From Camelus ferus (lineage: Eukaryota), in NCBI RefSeq assembly GCF_009834535.1, contig NC_045697.1, forward strand, positions 88,662,001-88,726,000: a DNA stretch of 64,000 nucleotides, in the 5' to 3' direction. Every line of letters starts with the position of its first letter. Within the stretch, counting starts at the first letter, position 1. The notes under the pieces are model-generated. The model ran no database searches, was not told the DNA's origin, and was given only the letters and a program-made list of their open reading frames with translations. Position numbers and translations under genes: made by a program. Below, piece by piece: positions 1-13,465 of the stretch.

Positions 1-2845
1 TGATAAATGGGATCCTGGCCAAAGCCTGTCCCACAGTGTGCCATTTGGTTCTCCAGGCCTACCAGGTGCTTCCCCTGGATGTGTATACTTCACTGCTGGC
101 TTGATTCACACACTGGTTTCTTGTCCTCTGGAGTAAAAGTCATAATGGTAGGAATGGCCAAGAGGAAGCCTTCACACTACTCTCTTTTCTCTGGCCAATG
201 TGGCAAATAAAAAGAAATGCTGTACTCTGGGTAGAATGGTTAAGATTAATGCCACTCTTAATAAAAGGATCCAGGGGTCATAGTTCTAATTACCATCTCT
301 ATTTTACTAGCCTGGTCCCTAAAATAAGGTCACATGGATTACAGCAACGACAGTTCAAGTACCATAAATTATTCAAGTAGTAGTCCTGATCACAGCTGTT
401 ATATTGTATGTGGTATCTTTACTAGAAGATACTACATAAACTCTGGTAGTTGGGTATCTGGATATTGATTTAGCAAATACATTGTTTCAGTCCCTGTCAT
501 GGAGACTCAGAATCATTTACATCCACCTGAAATGAACAGCACTATAGATTCAATTTTGTCACTGGCTGATGTTAACTCTCACCGCTTACCACAAAGTTAG
601 AAGGGACTTTGATCACCTGGACATTTCATATTATATCACACTGATATACTGCACTGAGGGCACAATGTTAATCTGACCTAAAAGCAAGTAGCAAGTGCAC
701 TGGATGCCCTGGTAAAACCATGTGTATCATAGGGTAGAAGATAAATCATAAAAAGTTCCAGAATATGTCACACAAGTATAGTTTTTAAGTGTCCAGACAT
801 TACAGGTATGTCAAGATTATCCCCTCCAAGATAAAGGACCAGCTACGACACCTTGCACCCACTGCCGCTAAGAAAAAGACACAGAGTTTGGGAGGCTTCT
901 TCATATTTTGAAGAGAGCACACATCACACTTGAAAATACAGCTCCATCCCCATTTATCAAAAGATTTGGAAAGCTGTCAGTTTAAAATTATCTGGCACAT
1001 TAAAAAGCTGTCCTAAAATATCTGACAAGCCCTAATAAAAGTGTCATAGCACAGACCCTGGAGGGGTTTTAGGGCAAGGACATACCAGCTGCTTCAAAGA
1101 AGTATTCACTGTTTTAAAAGCAGCTCCTGACTTGCTATTCAGCCCTAGTACATGCCGGGCAACTGAGCATGAGGCATTAAGTGACTTTGCAACCAGAGCT
1201 GCCCTTCATGAGCCAAGTATTATAAAAACCACCAAATCTCAGAGGTGATCAGATGGAAAGCAATCCATCACACAATTGAAATTAAACATTCGTGAATCAG
1301 GCCCAGTCAGATTAGTGGGCACAAGTAACTTACAATGCAGGTGACCACGCTGTCTCACGAGTGCCCCTCCCACAGCTTCTACCTGTGGCCCCTTAGGAGA
1401 AGAACTGAGGCCTGATTCATAATGACTGGGTAGACATATCGGCACAAACTTAGATGCACTGCTGTTCTGTGAGAGTCCCTCTAAAGTGTGCCTCTGAGTG
1501 ACAGTGAGGGGAGAGAGAGAGCTCAGTGTCAGAGCTTCAAATAAATCTGTGTAGAGGGAGAGCAGACCTCAGATAAATCCTGAGCAGCAGCAAATGGCTT
1601 AGCTGATTGACTAGGGACCTGAAATAATGTTTAAACATGAGACAAGCAGTTCTTGTGGGGAAACACATGGATGCACCCGTAGGGTTAGGCACAGAGATGG
1701 TGAATCTCTGCGTCTCTCACCGATTTTCACTAAAGAACATTCACGGCAGAGGAGGTATTGTAGCACAAAACAAAGATAAGTTGCCTCAGAGAGATCGTAG
1801 CACCACTAAATGTAGCATGCTAAAATGAAAGGTATGGTTACACCGGACTGGTCAGTAAACCAGCAGGCAAAGAAGGAGTTCTTATGCCAGAATAGGAAAT
1901 TGACCCTGATGATTAGGAGGAGATCAGACGCTGCTGTGGGGAGAGAGATTTGCGTGGGAGCTCTTCTGTGTCTCTATGTCTAGTCACCATCATAAATGGG
2001 CACCTGTAGCAACTTGAGGCTGACAAGGACGTGATAGCAAAGACCACCTCCTCAGACATGAGGTCAGCAGTACACCACAGGGCAAGCGTTTCAGAAGAAC
2101 ACGCGTGCTGACTGACACTGAGGGGAATCTGGAATGGGTGGTAAAGGAGGAGTGAGAACTGTAACTTGTCCCACTAACCCTCCTTTATTCTATCTCCCAC
2201 TCCTTGGAAATTGTGCCTGGCAACCATATTAAAGAAGCTGTTATAGGAGAGAGTGAATTTAACATGACCCATGAATGGATCCAAACAGTACAAAATGCAG
2301 ATTCTAACCTCCACTATGTGTTTCACATCTGTTGAAACTTTTTGTGTGTTAGGATAGGCTTCTGGGTGCCAATGTCTGCAGATGTGTACCTGAGGGCTCT
2401 TTTTCTTTTTCCTTTTTATCGGAGGTACTGAGGATTGACCCCAGGACTCATGCATGCTAAGAAGGCACTCCACCACTGAGCTACGACCCACCCTCTTTTT
2501 CTTTGAAAACCAAATAGCTGTGGTGCCTATGATTGCGGGCAGTGGTCTGGAGGTGCCAAGGAACTAGCAGTCCTGGGTCAGATCCTCTCAGTTATTGTTC
2601 AGTTACCCAACTTCCTCCTTCCTCAGGCAAGATAATTCCCAGGGCTAGGTTTTGGATCATTTTCTCAAGTTTCCCCTTGCATTGGCATATAGTGGTACAT
2701 TTCATAGTTCACCACTTAATAATTTACCCTATTCTGTGTCACTTACCCCATTTTTCTAACCAGAGTTGTCTGCACTTCCCAAATAAACTACTTGCACTTG
2801 AATCCCTGACTCTGAGTTGACTTTGGGGAAAACCCCTGATAAAAC
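1..2845 (+). mobile_element. Ancient ERVL-class provirus remnant (degraded pol and 3' LTR, LTR16-like)
   Basis: Degenerate RT-like coding sequence (DLAN..F.VP and QH/YRF remnants at about 460-700). LTR terminus cccaaataaactacttgcacttgaatcc...ggggaaaaccc at about 2778-2836. Confidence 0.7.
2398..2494 (-). mobile_element. Camelid tRNA-derived SINE (vic-1-like)
   Basis: Reverse complement reads gagggtgggtcgtagctcagtggtggagtgc...ggggtcaatcctcagtacctcc plus an A-rich tail; contains Pol III A/B boxes. Confidence 0.8.
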
Positions 2846-5504
2846 ACTAGCTGTGGAGATGAATGAATGGAAGACAGTATCCATGTCTGGAGAAATTTGT
2901 ATTTTGGAATTCAATATGGAGATATAAGAAAATGAATGTAGTCTGGTAAGAATTATATTAGAATTAAGAACCAGATTTTGGGAGGGAACAAAGAAGAAAA
3001 CCACCTAACTTCTTATGAAAAGCTGGATGAATCAAAAACAACATTATGAAGGAGCTGACATCCCATGAGAATCCTGAAGAAACGAAGAGTAGGTAAGAAG
3101 GTGTAGCGCTCAATGGGAAATGTATTTTAGGATAGAATTAAATAAAACCACAACTTATTATTCATTATAAGTTTTTAATCCTTTAAGGTAACCCAACCCA
3201 AGCTTGAGAGTCTCCCATGTGAGTCATTTCCTGTAGAAAGTTCGTTCTTGTGGAAAATTTTGTAGAAAGAAAAACTTCTGTTTCCTTAGAAAAGAACCCT
3301 TTGCATTTGGGCTTTTGGAGCTTAATCCAACTGCCACTCAGACAAAAGTTAGCTTCCTTCTGTTACTTTTGAAGAAAGGTTAATGGATTTCTTTTGCATG
3401 CCTTTTTATGAGTAGATTGCTGGAAAATGAAATTTCCCAATTCCACAGTTCATCACCTTCATACCTGATTGCAGAAATTAGTGATTAGAAATTGGAATAG
3501 AAAGTGAAAGAAATGTAATTTCCTTCCATCTTTGAAACTGCTTTGAGATAGGAAACGTTTTGCTGTTTCACAATATAATGTCTTCTCATATAATATGCTG
3601 TCAGCAGTAATAACTTGAGTGAAAGTAATTTTTTTCTCTCATATAAAAAAGTAATGTGAAATATTCACAGGGTAAAAATTATCCTCAAAACAAAATATAT
3701 ATCTCCGTATTTTCTTGAAGATTAATGTACCAGATACCTAAAGTTCTTTTTTCTTTCCTTTCTAGACTTATTTTTTAAAAATACAATTTTCTCTGTGGAC
3801 CTGTTATTCACAACTGGTCATTTTCCTCAAGTGTACTGGACTACGTGACATTGCTTATAGAAGGATTTGTTCTTTCACAAATGACTTGCCTGGTCTGGTA
3901 CAAAATGATTATATATAATGTTTCAATAGCTATTTTTAGTTGAATAAAAGAATGATCCAATTAAGATTGTTAAATAGTGCACTAGCCAAATGCAAATCAA
4001 GACTCTATAAAGAAAGATAATGGGGGAAAATTATTTATGCCTTACTTTCTATTATAAAAGAAGCAATTCTGGAAGGAAAAATAATGATTTCTTTCATAAT
4101 TGAGTAGTTTCAGGGAATCTATAAAGTTACTGGGAAAAGTTATTTTTATATTAAGTCTCAGGGACTGCCTAGCTCTGACAACAATAATTTTATTTTCTAC
4201 TTTTGAACTATGAGACTTCTATTACTGAATTTGCATGGTCTAGCAATGTGAAATAGTAAATATTTATGAAAAAATGAAGTCTTCAGGATTTGGATACGTG
4301 CATAATCGAGCTTCAGATATTTATATATTTCTTCAAAACATTTTCGGAAGCTTTTGTTATTTAAATTTTGTGTAATCTTATTCATAAAACGTTTTCTGTG
4401 TGTGCGAAAGTTGGAAGAATGAACGTGAGGAACATATAAGTGAAAAAAAATCTTCACAGATACAAGAAGGATATTTAATTAAGAAAAAAGCTTAAAAGTG
4501 AGGTGAACACAGAGTAGGTATGAAAATGTCACAGTTTTTGACTTATTCAAAAAATGCTCAAAGCGAAAAATGCCCAATAAGTCATATACATTCAGTGTCT
4601 CTAAATGTATCTTAGCTTTAAGCAAAAAGAACTTTAGAGAAGCAGTTGCTCATCAAATAAAGAGTTCAAAGTACATAGTGGCCAAAGAAGTAATATAAAA
4701 GCAAAGCAATTTTAGGCAGTTCAATTTCAATATCATAAAACTTTTAACACTCAAACTCTTAGGTTATGTTGCTAAGAATTAGATTTTTTTCAGTAGGTAA
4801 GATTACACAATGTCAATAATGATAAGTAACATTAAAAGTAATTTTCAGCTGCATACAATCTGTGATTTGTGTATGTACTTTACAGAACCTGCAGCATTAG
4901 CATCATGTCGCCCTAAAGGTGAGGTGGAGATAATAAAGAGATGACAGAGTCCCAGCAGGCTTCTGAGCACCACTGACACATTGACAGTGGCTGAGACCTG
5001 GCATCTTATAACCTTGACCTTGTCTTGTCTATAGCACAGTATGTTAATGCTTTAAACATAATAGAAACAAAAAGGATACCAGTTTGAACATTCAGACACG
5101 TATAGTAACAATTATTCTCCAAAGAATACAGCAAGCCACCAACAGTAATGGGATACAGAGACCCTAAACCCTAACAAAAGCTTGTGCTCCATGAGCTCAA
5201 GAACTGTGTCTCTCAGTGAAGGTCACAGTGCCATAGTAAGTGCTCAATAAACACCACTGAAATAGTAACAAGAAAGGAGTGATGATAATGAACAACAGAC
5301 CATGAACACTGTTTCTCTCAAGTATTTAGCTTTTTTCTAATGAGCCTAGATGCATTCTTTCAAAGCAATAATAAAAATAAAATATAATATGTAACATATG
5401 CACATATAGAATGGAATGATTTGCTAAATAGTTATCAAAAGGTTCTATTTTGTGCTTACAAATTTGTATTTTTTTATTACCTATGAGCACTGTATAGAAT
5501 TATA

Positions 5505-5730
5505 ACTGCTAAAGTCAGACTACCACTATGAAGACTGGGAGCCTTATCAGTTACTTGTGTGACATTGGGTAGATCTATTAACATCTATATGCCTCAGTTT
5601 TCTTGCCTGTGAAATGGGGATAAAATAATCACTACTCATAAATTAGTTGTGAAGATTAAATGAATAATCTTATCTAAGTGCTTAGAAAAGTGTGTGCTCC
5701 ATCATTGGTGCTGTATTCATGTTAGCTATC
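5505..5730 (+). mobile_element. MIR SINE
   Basis: MIR core tgtgtgacattgggtag...gcctcagttttcttgcctgtgaaatggggataaaa. Confidence 0.8.
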
Positions 5731-7214
5731 ATGACTTATTATGCCATCAGAAATGGAAATAACATCCTACGCTTATGTTATCCTGTCTGAACTACTATAG
5801 TAATCACCCCATCTCCAATCTTTTCCCTTCTAAGTCATTCTACATCCATTCCATTCAGAAAAATCTTTCTAAATCATGGTCTTGTCAGGCCCACACACTG
5901 AAAATATCCACTGCCCACAAATATAATGTATGTATATAATACATTCAAGTCCTCGTCCAGTCTTCTTTTACCATCTTATTTTCAACTGCTCCCTTTCACT
6001 CATCTTTCATATAAATTAAGTGGAATTATCCATTTTCTGAAATGACCCTGAACTTTTCCGTCTATGATTGGCTGTCCTGGACTTTTTCTTTGCTTACAAT
6101 TTTGATACCTCATCTCCTCTGTGAATATTTAAAAAAGTTCTATAGTTTGAATTAGCATATTATAATACAAATAAGCATATTATAAGAATGTGTACAGGAG
6201 TATGAAAGACCCTTCAGTAGTACTGAAACTATTCACCCATTAATTTTGTGCATTACAGCAGGACTAGTGCTTATAGTATGCATTTTAAAAACTATCTAAT
6301 ATTTCTTGGCTTCTTCATTAAGATGTTCCCTCTCTTCCCGGATTTATGGATGAAAAATTCTACTTCATCACCTTGGAGACCTCGTGCCACTGCTATGCAT
6401 TGTTTACACTACCTGCAATGTGACATTTTACATTATTGAACAGTGTTGCTGAGGGATATCTTGTCTTTGACAACAACCTAAGACCAGCGTGCAAGATTCA
6501 TTTTATGTATGGTTGATTTGGTCTTAACTCAGTTTTGTTAAATCATAATTAGCTGTGGGATCATGGGAGGCTGTTTCTTTTGATAAAATGCTTCCCATGT
6601 GCTATAAATTATGAGAACAAACAGGAAGATATAAGTGAAACATATCTATATGTGACAAAGAAGGTGAATTTTTAATCAGATTATAAAAAAAAGGAGTAGA
6701 TTTTTAATCAGAAGCTGTGGATTTGGGTTCTTGTTTGATTCATTTGTAGTATAGGGTGGTTGACTTACCTTTACTTTGTAGCTTCTTTATCTTTTCAGTG
6801 GGGATACCAGTGTCTGGGCAGCCTGATAAACTAATAACTAATCAAGTTATTGTGAGGAGCAAATGAGACCCTATACTTCTGAACACTTTGCAATTTTGTG
6901 CTACACAAATGGAACATTTTTACATGTTTTTACATGTTTAAATGCAATAGAATTCTGACTTTGTTTAGAACCTTAAGTGCCATAGTTTTAATGCTATTCA
7001 ATTATTAATTATAATATGAATATAGATAATCTGCAGTATATTAGCTATCTTCTGCCTACCACTGAGCTGGGTGTATTATAAATATACAAGAAGAAAAGTC
7101 TGCTTTCTCAGAACCTTGCTGGTGGGAGGACCTCTTGTGAGGGAGGGAGTATGAATACATGGCCACTGAACTCTGGTTGCTAGGACTTAGAAGTAATAGG
7201 TACCAAAGAAGCAT

Positions 7215-7691
7215 GTATCAGTCTTCTATTGCTGCTGTAACAAATCACCACAAATTATGTAGCTAAAAACAACTGAAACTTATACTCTTCCAGTTCTGGA
7301 GGTTAGAATTCTGAAATGTGTCTCATGGGGCTAAAGTCAAGGCATCAGCTGGCTTTGTTCCCTCTGAAGGCTGTAGAGGAGAATCCATTTCCTTACTTTT
7401 TTCACCTCCTAGAGTCGACCTCCCTTCCTTAGGCTGTAACCCAGCATCACATCACCTCTTCACAGCTTCTGTTATCACTTCATCTCCTTCTTCTGACCAT
7501 CTGGCCTCCCTCTTATAAGAACCCTTATGATTGGTCCCACGTGGATAATCTAGGCCACTCATGCAGGATCCTTAATTTAATCACACGTGTAACATCCCTG
7601 TCCCTTGTAAGGTGAGAATCACAGGTTCCAGAAATTAGGATGTGGCTAGCTTTAGCAGGGAAGAACGGAGCCTTATTCAGCCTGTGCCACA
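7215..7691 (-). mobile_element. MaLR solo LTR (MLT1 family)
   Basis: tgtatcagtcttctattgctgctgtaacaaatcaccacaaa...cagttctggaggttagaa matches the reverse-complemented MLT1 3' terminus. Confidence 0.85.
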
Positions 7692-10043
7692 GAAGCAGAG
7701 CATCCCACCTTCAAATGGCCCACGAAATTGCTGCATTTTATTGCTTCAGGACACTCACTACTAATTTAAACAGAGACAAAAATATGAATTGAATATATAA
7801 ATTACTTCTCTAATTTCAATGTTTTCTTTCTTTTCCTGTTTTGCAACTAGGGAATTACTAACTAAATCAATACTTAAGTAGGATGACCAGACCTTCCTTA
7901 TCTAGTATATCCTGATGGACTTTTTTATAGGCTTGGTCTTCACTTTGAGTGAAACTGCTTTTGATGACCTTAACATCTTCTGTCCTAATACCCACTTGGA
8001 TGAAATTAGTTTTGAATCAGAACGTCAATGACTGAAAGCTTTCAACTGGGAACACTGAAATAGGATCAAGTGATAGCTGTGTCTCTATTACAACGTTGCC
8101 TAGCAACATAGTTGCAGGTTTCCATTATAAGAAATGATACTATTATAGAAAGGCATCTTAGAAAAGACATAAATGATAGATAGTTCTAAGCTTACAAAAA
8201 AGCTATCATTTCAAACTTGGGAAAACAAAACCATCGAACCATCCAGTGAAGGTCAGAGAATTAAAAAGGTAAATTATGAGTTAGGGCTTTTAAAATTCTA
8301 AAGTTGATGTTTCATTTCCTATCATTTATGTTCCAATGCTTTTTAGTTCTATACAGCCTAATATCTTGAAAAGGCAAAAAATAAAAATCATTAAGTAATG
8401 TAAGAGTAAACACACAAGTATCATGACACGCTTTTACCAAGAACTACAGTAATACTGAAGTCTTTTGTAACCAGTTGACATTTATTTATGTGAACTTCAG
8501 AATATTACAACTTTTTGCATTAGTAAATAAAATTTAATGACTACTAAATGCTCATTTTAAACTGATGAAATGGAGACATACGGTAATATTAGGGGTCTAC
8601 TGGCCTAAGAAATGCTGTCAAACTTAAAATCAGGATACAATATCTGAAGAGAAAATTTCTTTAGATGTTTTACTGATAGTAACATACAAATATGAGGTAT
8701 TGTTCATAATAAAAAGAAAATGAAGTTCAAGTACCTTGGGATGTTGGCTCAGTTTTATATAGTGTATCATTTTAAGCACTGACAACATATGTTTATATCA
8801 TTTTTAGGGTATGACTAAATTCAGTATAATGGTCTCTATCTGCCATTGTGTGAATCCAGCATTAACATCCCTTTAATAGACTCACTGGTTCAGCAGAGGG
8901 CCTCCAAGACTTCCAACTGTAACCTCTGCTGGTCAGCAAGCTCCCCTGGAAAGTGACATTCCACAAGTGGGTGTTTTCTGTGCCAGCAAGGCTGGAAGCC
9001 CAGCTGCAAATACAGAGTCGGAGCCTCAGTCTTCTTGAATTGCTTCCTCCTCTCTCCCCATCGGGGTGAGTGTTAAGAATGTTTAATATAATCTATTTGA
9101 GGGGTTAGAAGCTTGGGATAGATTATCTATCCTCCCTTGTCTTATTCTTCTCGTAGTTCTGGGACTTTTGGAACATTGTATGAAACTCAGATGAGAATCC
9201 CACTGCACTTTTTTTTGAATGTTCAACCTACCGTGATGTGTAAGAAGTTTAGAAGTCTCCTAAAACGTAAAACACAGTATCTATCTTCCTTAGAAATTAC
9301 CCACATAAACATTTGCCATGTGCCACTGAAGTGGATTGAATAATGTCCCTCAAAAATTTCCTTCCCAATTGCCCAACTTTTCCCGGTAATGTGGTATTAC
9401 TACATGTAAATTGCATATTGGAAAAAAGCACAATCCTCCTTGTTACTTATTCTATTTACTTTTCTCTTTTAAAAGAAGTATGAGGTAAGTGACAAAGGCA
9501 AGCATAATACAACAAAATAAAAATTAAAAGGGATCAGTTACTGAGGGTGAAAGGAAGTAAATGTTAATAGTGGGTTGAATCCAGGCATGCAATAATCAAA
9601 TAATTAATAAAATCAGGTTCTGTCCAGGTGGAGGAGGAGGGTTATAGATTGACTATACATTTCCTACCAGCAAGGAAACACAAAGAGTCCTGAGATACTA
9701 AACTTCTCTGTAATTCTTATAAATTGAAATAAACCAGTGTAATTACAAGTAGCTTTTCCTTGATATCGAATTCTGAAAGACGCATCTCCTGTGGGTTCTC
9801 ATAAAAGGAATATCGAGCTATGTGGTAAAATAAGTCCTCAGTAGTAGTCCCAGAATTAATACAATAGTGAGTTGTAGGTGGATGTTTGTATGAAAATATC
9901 TCAATAGAAGCTACCTGCAAAATTATTGCTCAGTGGAAAGTAGTTCCAGAAAGTATTTAAACGATTCAGGAGCACTTGACATGCAATAGCTGCAGAAGCA
10001 GCATCAAATAAAAAAGATCTTGGCTCATAAGATAAGATTTCAA

Positions 10044-10182
10044 GGGGAGGGTATAGCTCAGTGGTAGAATGTGTGCTTAGCATGTGTGAGGTCCAGGGTT
10101 CAATCTCGAGTATCTCCATTAAAAAAAATACTACAAAAAATAAATAAACTTAATTATCTCCCTCCCCGAAAAATTTTAAAAA
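10044..10182 (+). mobile_element. Camelid tRNA-derived SINE (vic-1-like)
   Basis: ggggagggtatagctcagtggtagaatg...gggttcaatctcgagtatctcc, followed by an A-rich tail and a taattatctcccctccc 3' segment. Confidence 0.85.
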
Positions 10183-13100
10183 GCGCATCTCAGCCATTAT
10201 GAAAACTATCACAATGTGCTTTATACCAACTGCAAATTCTGTTCAAGTAACAGTTACCATTCTTAATTGATTTTTTATGATTTAATAAGCCTTAAATAAA
10301 ATGAATGTTATCAATTAGAAATATGATAAAATATATAATGCATGAGAGACCTTTAAGAAACACATCTAATACGTTTAGTAGCATTCAATTTTGTGTTCAT
10401 TAAAAAAAAAAAATTGGGAGAGCAAGGCAGAAATGTCTCGGGAGTATTACCGCATTATTGCAGGAGCAATAAGAAAGCATTAAGAAAAGAGAAGATTATT
10501 TTGATAGCATACATGAGTTAGCCTCAGTTATTTAGGGTGCTGTTATATTTGAACTTATCATAAGATGAGGACTGAAGATGAGAGATTGAAGTTATATATC
10601 CTGCGGAGAAGAACATCTTTGGTAACAATGTGAATAATCAAGGCATTTATAAATTTTCCTTAAATTTTAATACACTTAAGGGTAGAGAACAGATAATACT
10701 AACATTTTGTATGATGATTTTTTAATGTTATATTTCATAACTTACTTGCAAGTTGGCATACTAAAATCAGTAAGTCTCTTAAAATCAGAAGAGAAGGACA
10801 GTGGCCTCTTCACACAATTGCTATTTGAACCGAACAAGAGTCAAGGTAGGCATTACAGAATTTGAATATTTGAGAAAATAAAAGTATTATTATGGGGAAA
10901 ATTATATTTTAGAAAGACATTTTATCATAAAAGTAGCAAATAGAATTTATAGAAAATGTATAAATATTAAAAATGTAAAAGAAGTGAATAAAATCCCTGC
11001 AACTCTTCTTACCGGAGAAAGCCACTGTTAATGTCTTTGGTTGTGAGGATTTTGTTCTGCTTTTTACTTAACAGTTTATGTGCATGTCACTCAGTGTTGT
11101 AGAAACAATCTAACAGGGCAAACAAAATAATATTTACTTGTTGGAAAAACTTAAAGCACACCTTGTGACAGAGACAAATCTTAATTTCGTACCATTATTT
11201 TTATTTGTTTCTAATCACATTTGTCTTTTTCAAGGCCTTGAAAACATTAACTTGAACACTGAGGTTTATGTCCCTTTTACAAAATCTGCAGAAGTACTAT
11301 TAAGATGATTTATATTTTACAGCCCTTTAGAATTCACAGAGCACTTTCCCAAATTTATTTCTTATATGTAATCTCAATGTCACCTGTGACATTTAAGTGT
11401 TATCTACAGAGTCCTTACCAAGGCTGAACCTAGCAGCCTTGCAGGTTTTGTGTAGTGACAGCCCTTCACCAAAACAGACTAGCTTCTTATAATACTAGCT
11501 GTCTATGTTTCCGACTGTCCAACCTTATTTGATATAGTATGTGGATCGCATAGGGTATTTCCCCTTAATACAGAACCCCATGGCAGTCTAATCTACCACT
11601 GGTGTGGAGCCAGCAGTTCTTATCATTTTCATCCCTCCAAGGTCATTGAAGGATGTATCACAGGATGTCCTCATACACATTCAAGGATGATAGGATTTCT
11701 TCTTACTAAACTGAGGGACTAGTAGTTGTGAACAAGGAAACTAAGACAGAGACCTCAAGAGGACACTATCACTGCCTGCTCTCCTGTGGAGACCAGAGGT
11801 ACTATCTGGCACGTCACCCCAGAAACTCTCTCTGGGTTATCTAAGTCCCCGCAGCAGGAAGAGCTGCTCCTAAACTCAGTACCTCATGGGGCTGGAGCCC
11901 CACACGTTCTCCAGGTGCTGGGCAGCTGACATTTATTTCCCAGCACTCTCCTCGAGTGTTGGACCAAAATTCAGTCTCCTTGGTTCTTGTCCCCCAAACA
12001 TTTACCATCTCCCTCACAAATTTGTCCCTGTGCTTGTGCACAAAAGGGAAAGCCACAGAAGACTGGAATCCCTCTCCTAGCAAGACCCCAAAGGAACCCC
12101 TCTGGGTCCTGCCAAGCATCCCTCTCTGCAGGATGGTGAGAGACCAGAGACAGCCCCACTGCCGTCCCTGCTGTCTGTGACTTCCAACCTGCAGAACCGA
12201 TGCTCCAAGCCTCTGAAAGCACTTATCCACATGCAAGGCCTTGCATAGAGTTGAAGCTAGGGAAAAACAAATGAATGAATTACAGTGAGTGAGGAGAAAG
12301 CTAAGAATAAGAAACCAGGAGACACTGATAACAAAGACAGTATATTCAACTGCCATGTTTGTCAGCATTAAATAAAAAGATATAAGACCATCTTCAAGTA
12401 TTTTTTTCCTCTTCTTTGGAAAACATTTGAAAAAAATGTTGCTATTTAATTGGTACTGACTAAGCAGCAGACACTGTGTATGTTAAGAACATAAACTGTC
12501 TCCAACCATCATGATTACTCTCTTCAGTTGACATTATATATATATACTCTCATTTTACAGAAAACTGAGGCTGGAGAATTTCATAACACAATAGTTTGTG
12601 TCTGAGTCAGGACTGAAATTCAGGTCTGTGGCTCCCAAGCCCCAGAAAATTCTAGTACAGAACTCTGACTTTAACTGGTGTCTGTTTTCTAGGGGAAAAG
12701 GTATTTTAACATTATAGCTGTTCATAGGAAATTAATAAATTTATATTCGATGGTATTGTTTGTATAGGATATTTATGCAAATATGAGGGAATGACTAGAT
12801 GTCAGAGCGTATCTGATTAGAAGGGGCATGTTTACTTTTAAATGTTAGCCAGTTGAAGGCAGATATATTGAAATAGTCATAATCACAGCAGATAATTCCA
12901 GTTTATACATATATTTTATAAAACACAGATTGTCATTTTAAAATATGAATCACCTTATAAAATAACTAGGAAATTGCTACTAATTCAGTTTGAAGTGCTC
13001 TTTCGTACCAAATTAATGATGGCTGATGGTTATTTTCACTGCTATGTCAAAACTCAGTGGTTAGGAAAATTAAAAGAAAAATAAAGCTAATCTGTGGGAA

Positions 13101-13403
13101 ACATTGTTCTACAATTAATTTTGTATTTGCTAGTGGGGAAAAAAAACTTCAGATAGAACTTACTGAGATTTTTATTAATTTTTCAAAAGAATTTCCTCCT
13201 GAAATATTCTCAAGCAGTGATCATTCATCTTTTCTAACTTGAGTTAAAAAGAATTAGGTCTAGAGGATGCCGTGAGCCCTCAAATTAGGCATCTGGCTTA
13301 GAAATAATCTCTCTTCTTAGTTTAGCATCATTGCTTCAAATGATCTCTTTACCTGCCAGCCTTAGAATTTATTACATTGATATAATACATGATTTATGTG
13401 AAG

Positions 13404-13465
13404 ATTATATTGATATAACATATTATATTGATAGAACATATTATACTGATAGTACATATTATATG
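13404..13465. repeat. Tandem 18-bp repeat (attatattgatagaacat-like), about 3.5 copies
   Basis: attatattgatataacat / attatattgatagaacat / attatactgatagtacat / attatat. Confidence 0.85.

Noticed and set aside
10044..10120. tRNA gene (also at about 2.4, 40.2 and 42.7 kb)
   Set aside because: The tRNA-like head is followed by a SINE tail and poly(A), with TSDs on some copies; these are diverged SINE copies.
11841..12368. Longest ORF in the track (175 aa) as a protein-coding gene
   Set aside because: No recognisable domain, non-ATG start, overlapping ORFs on both strands, and it lies in GC-richer LTR-like sequence.
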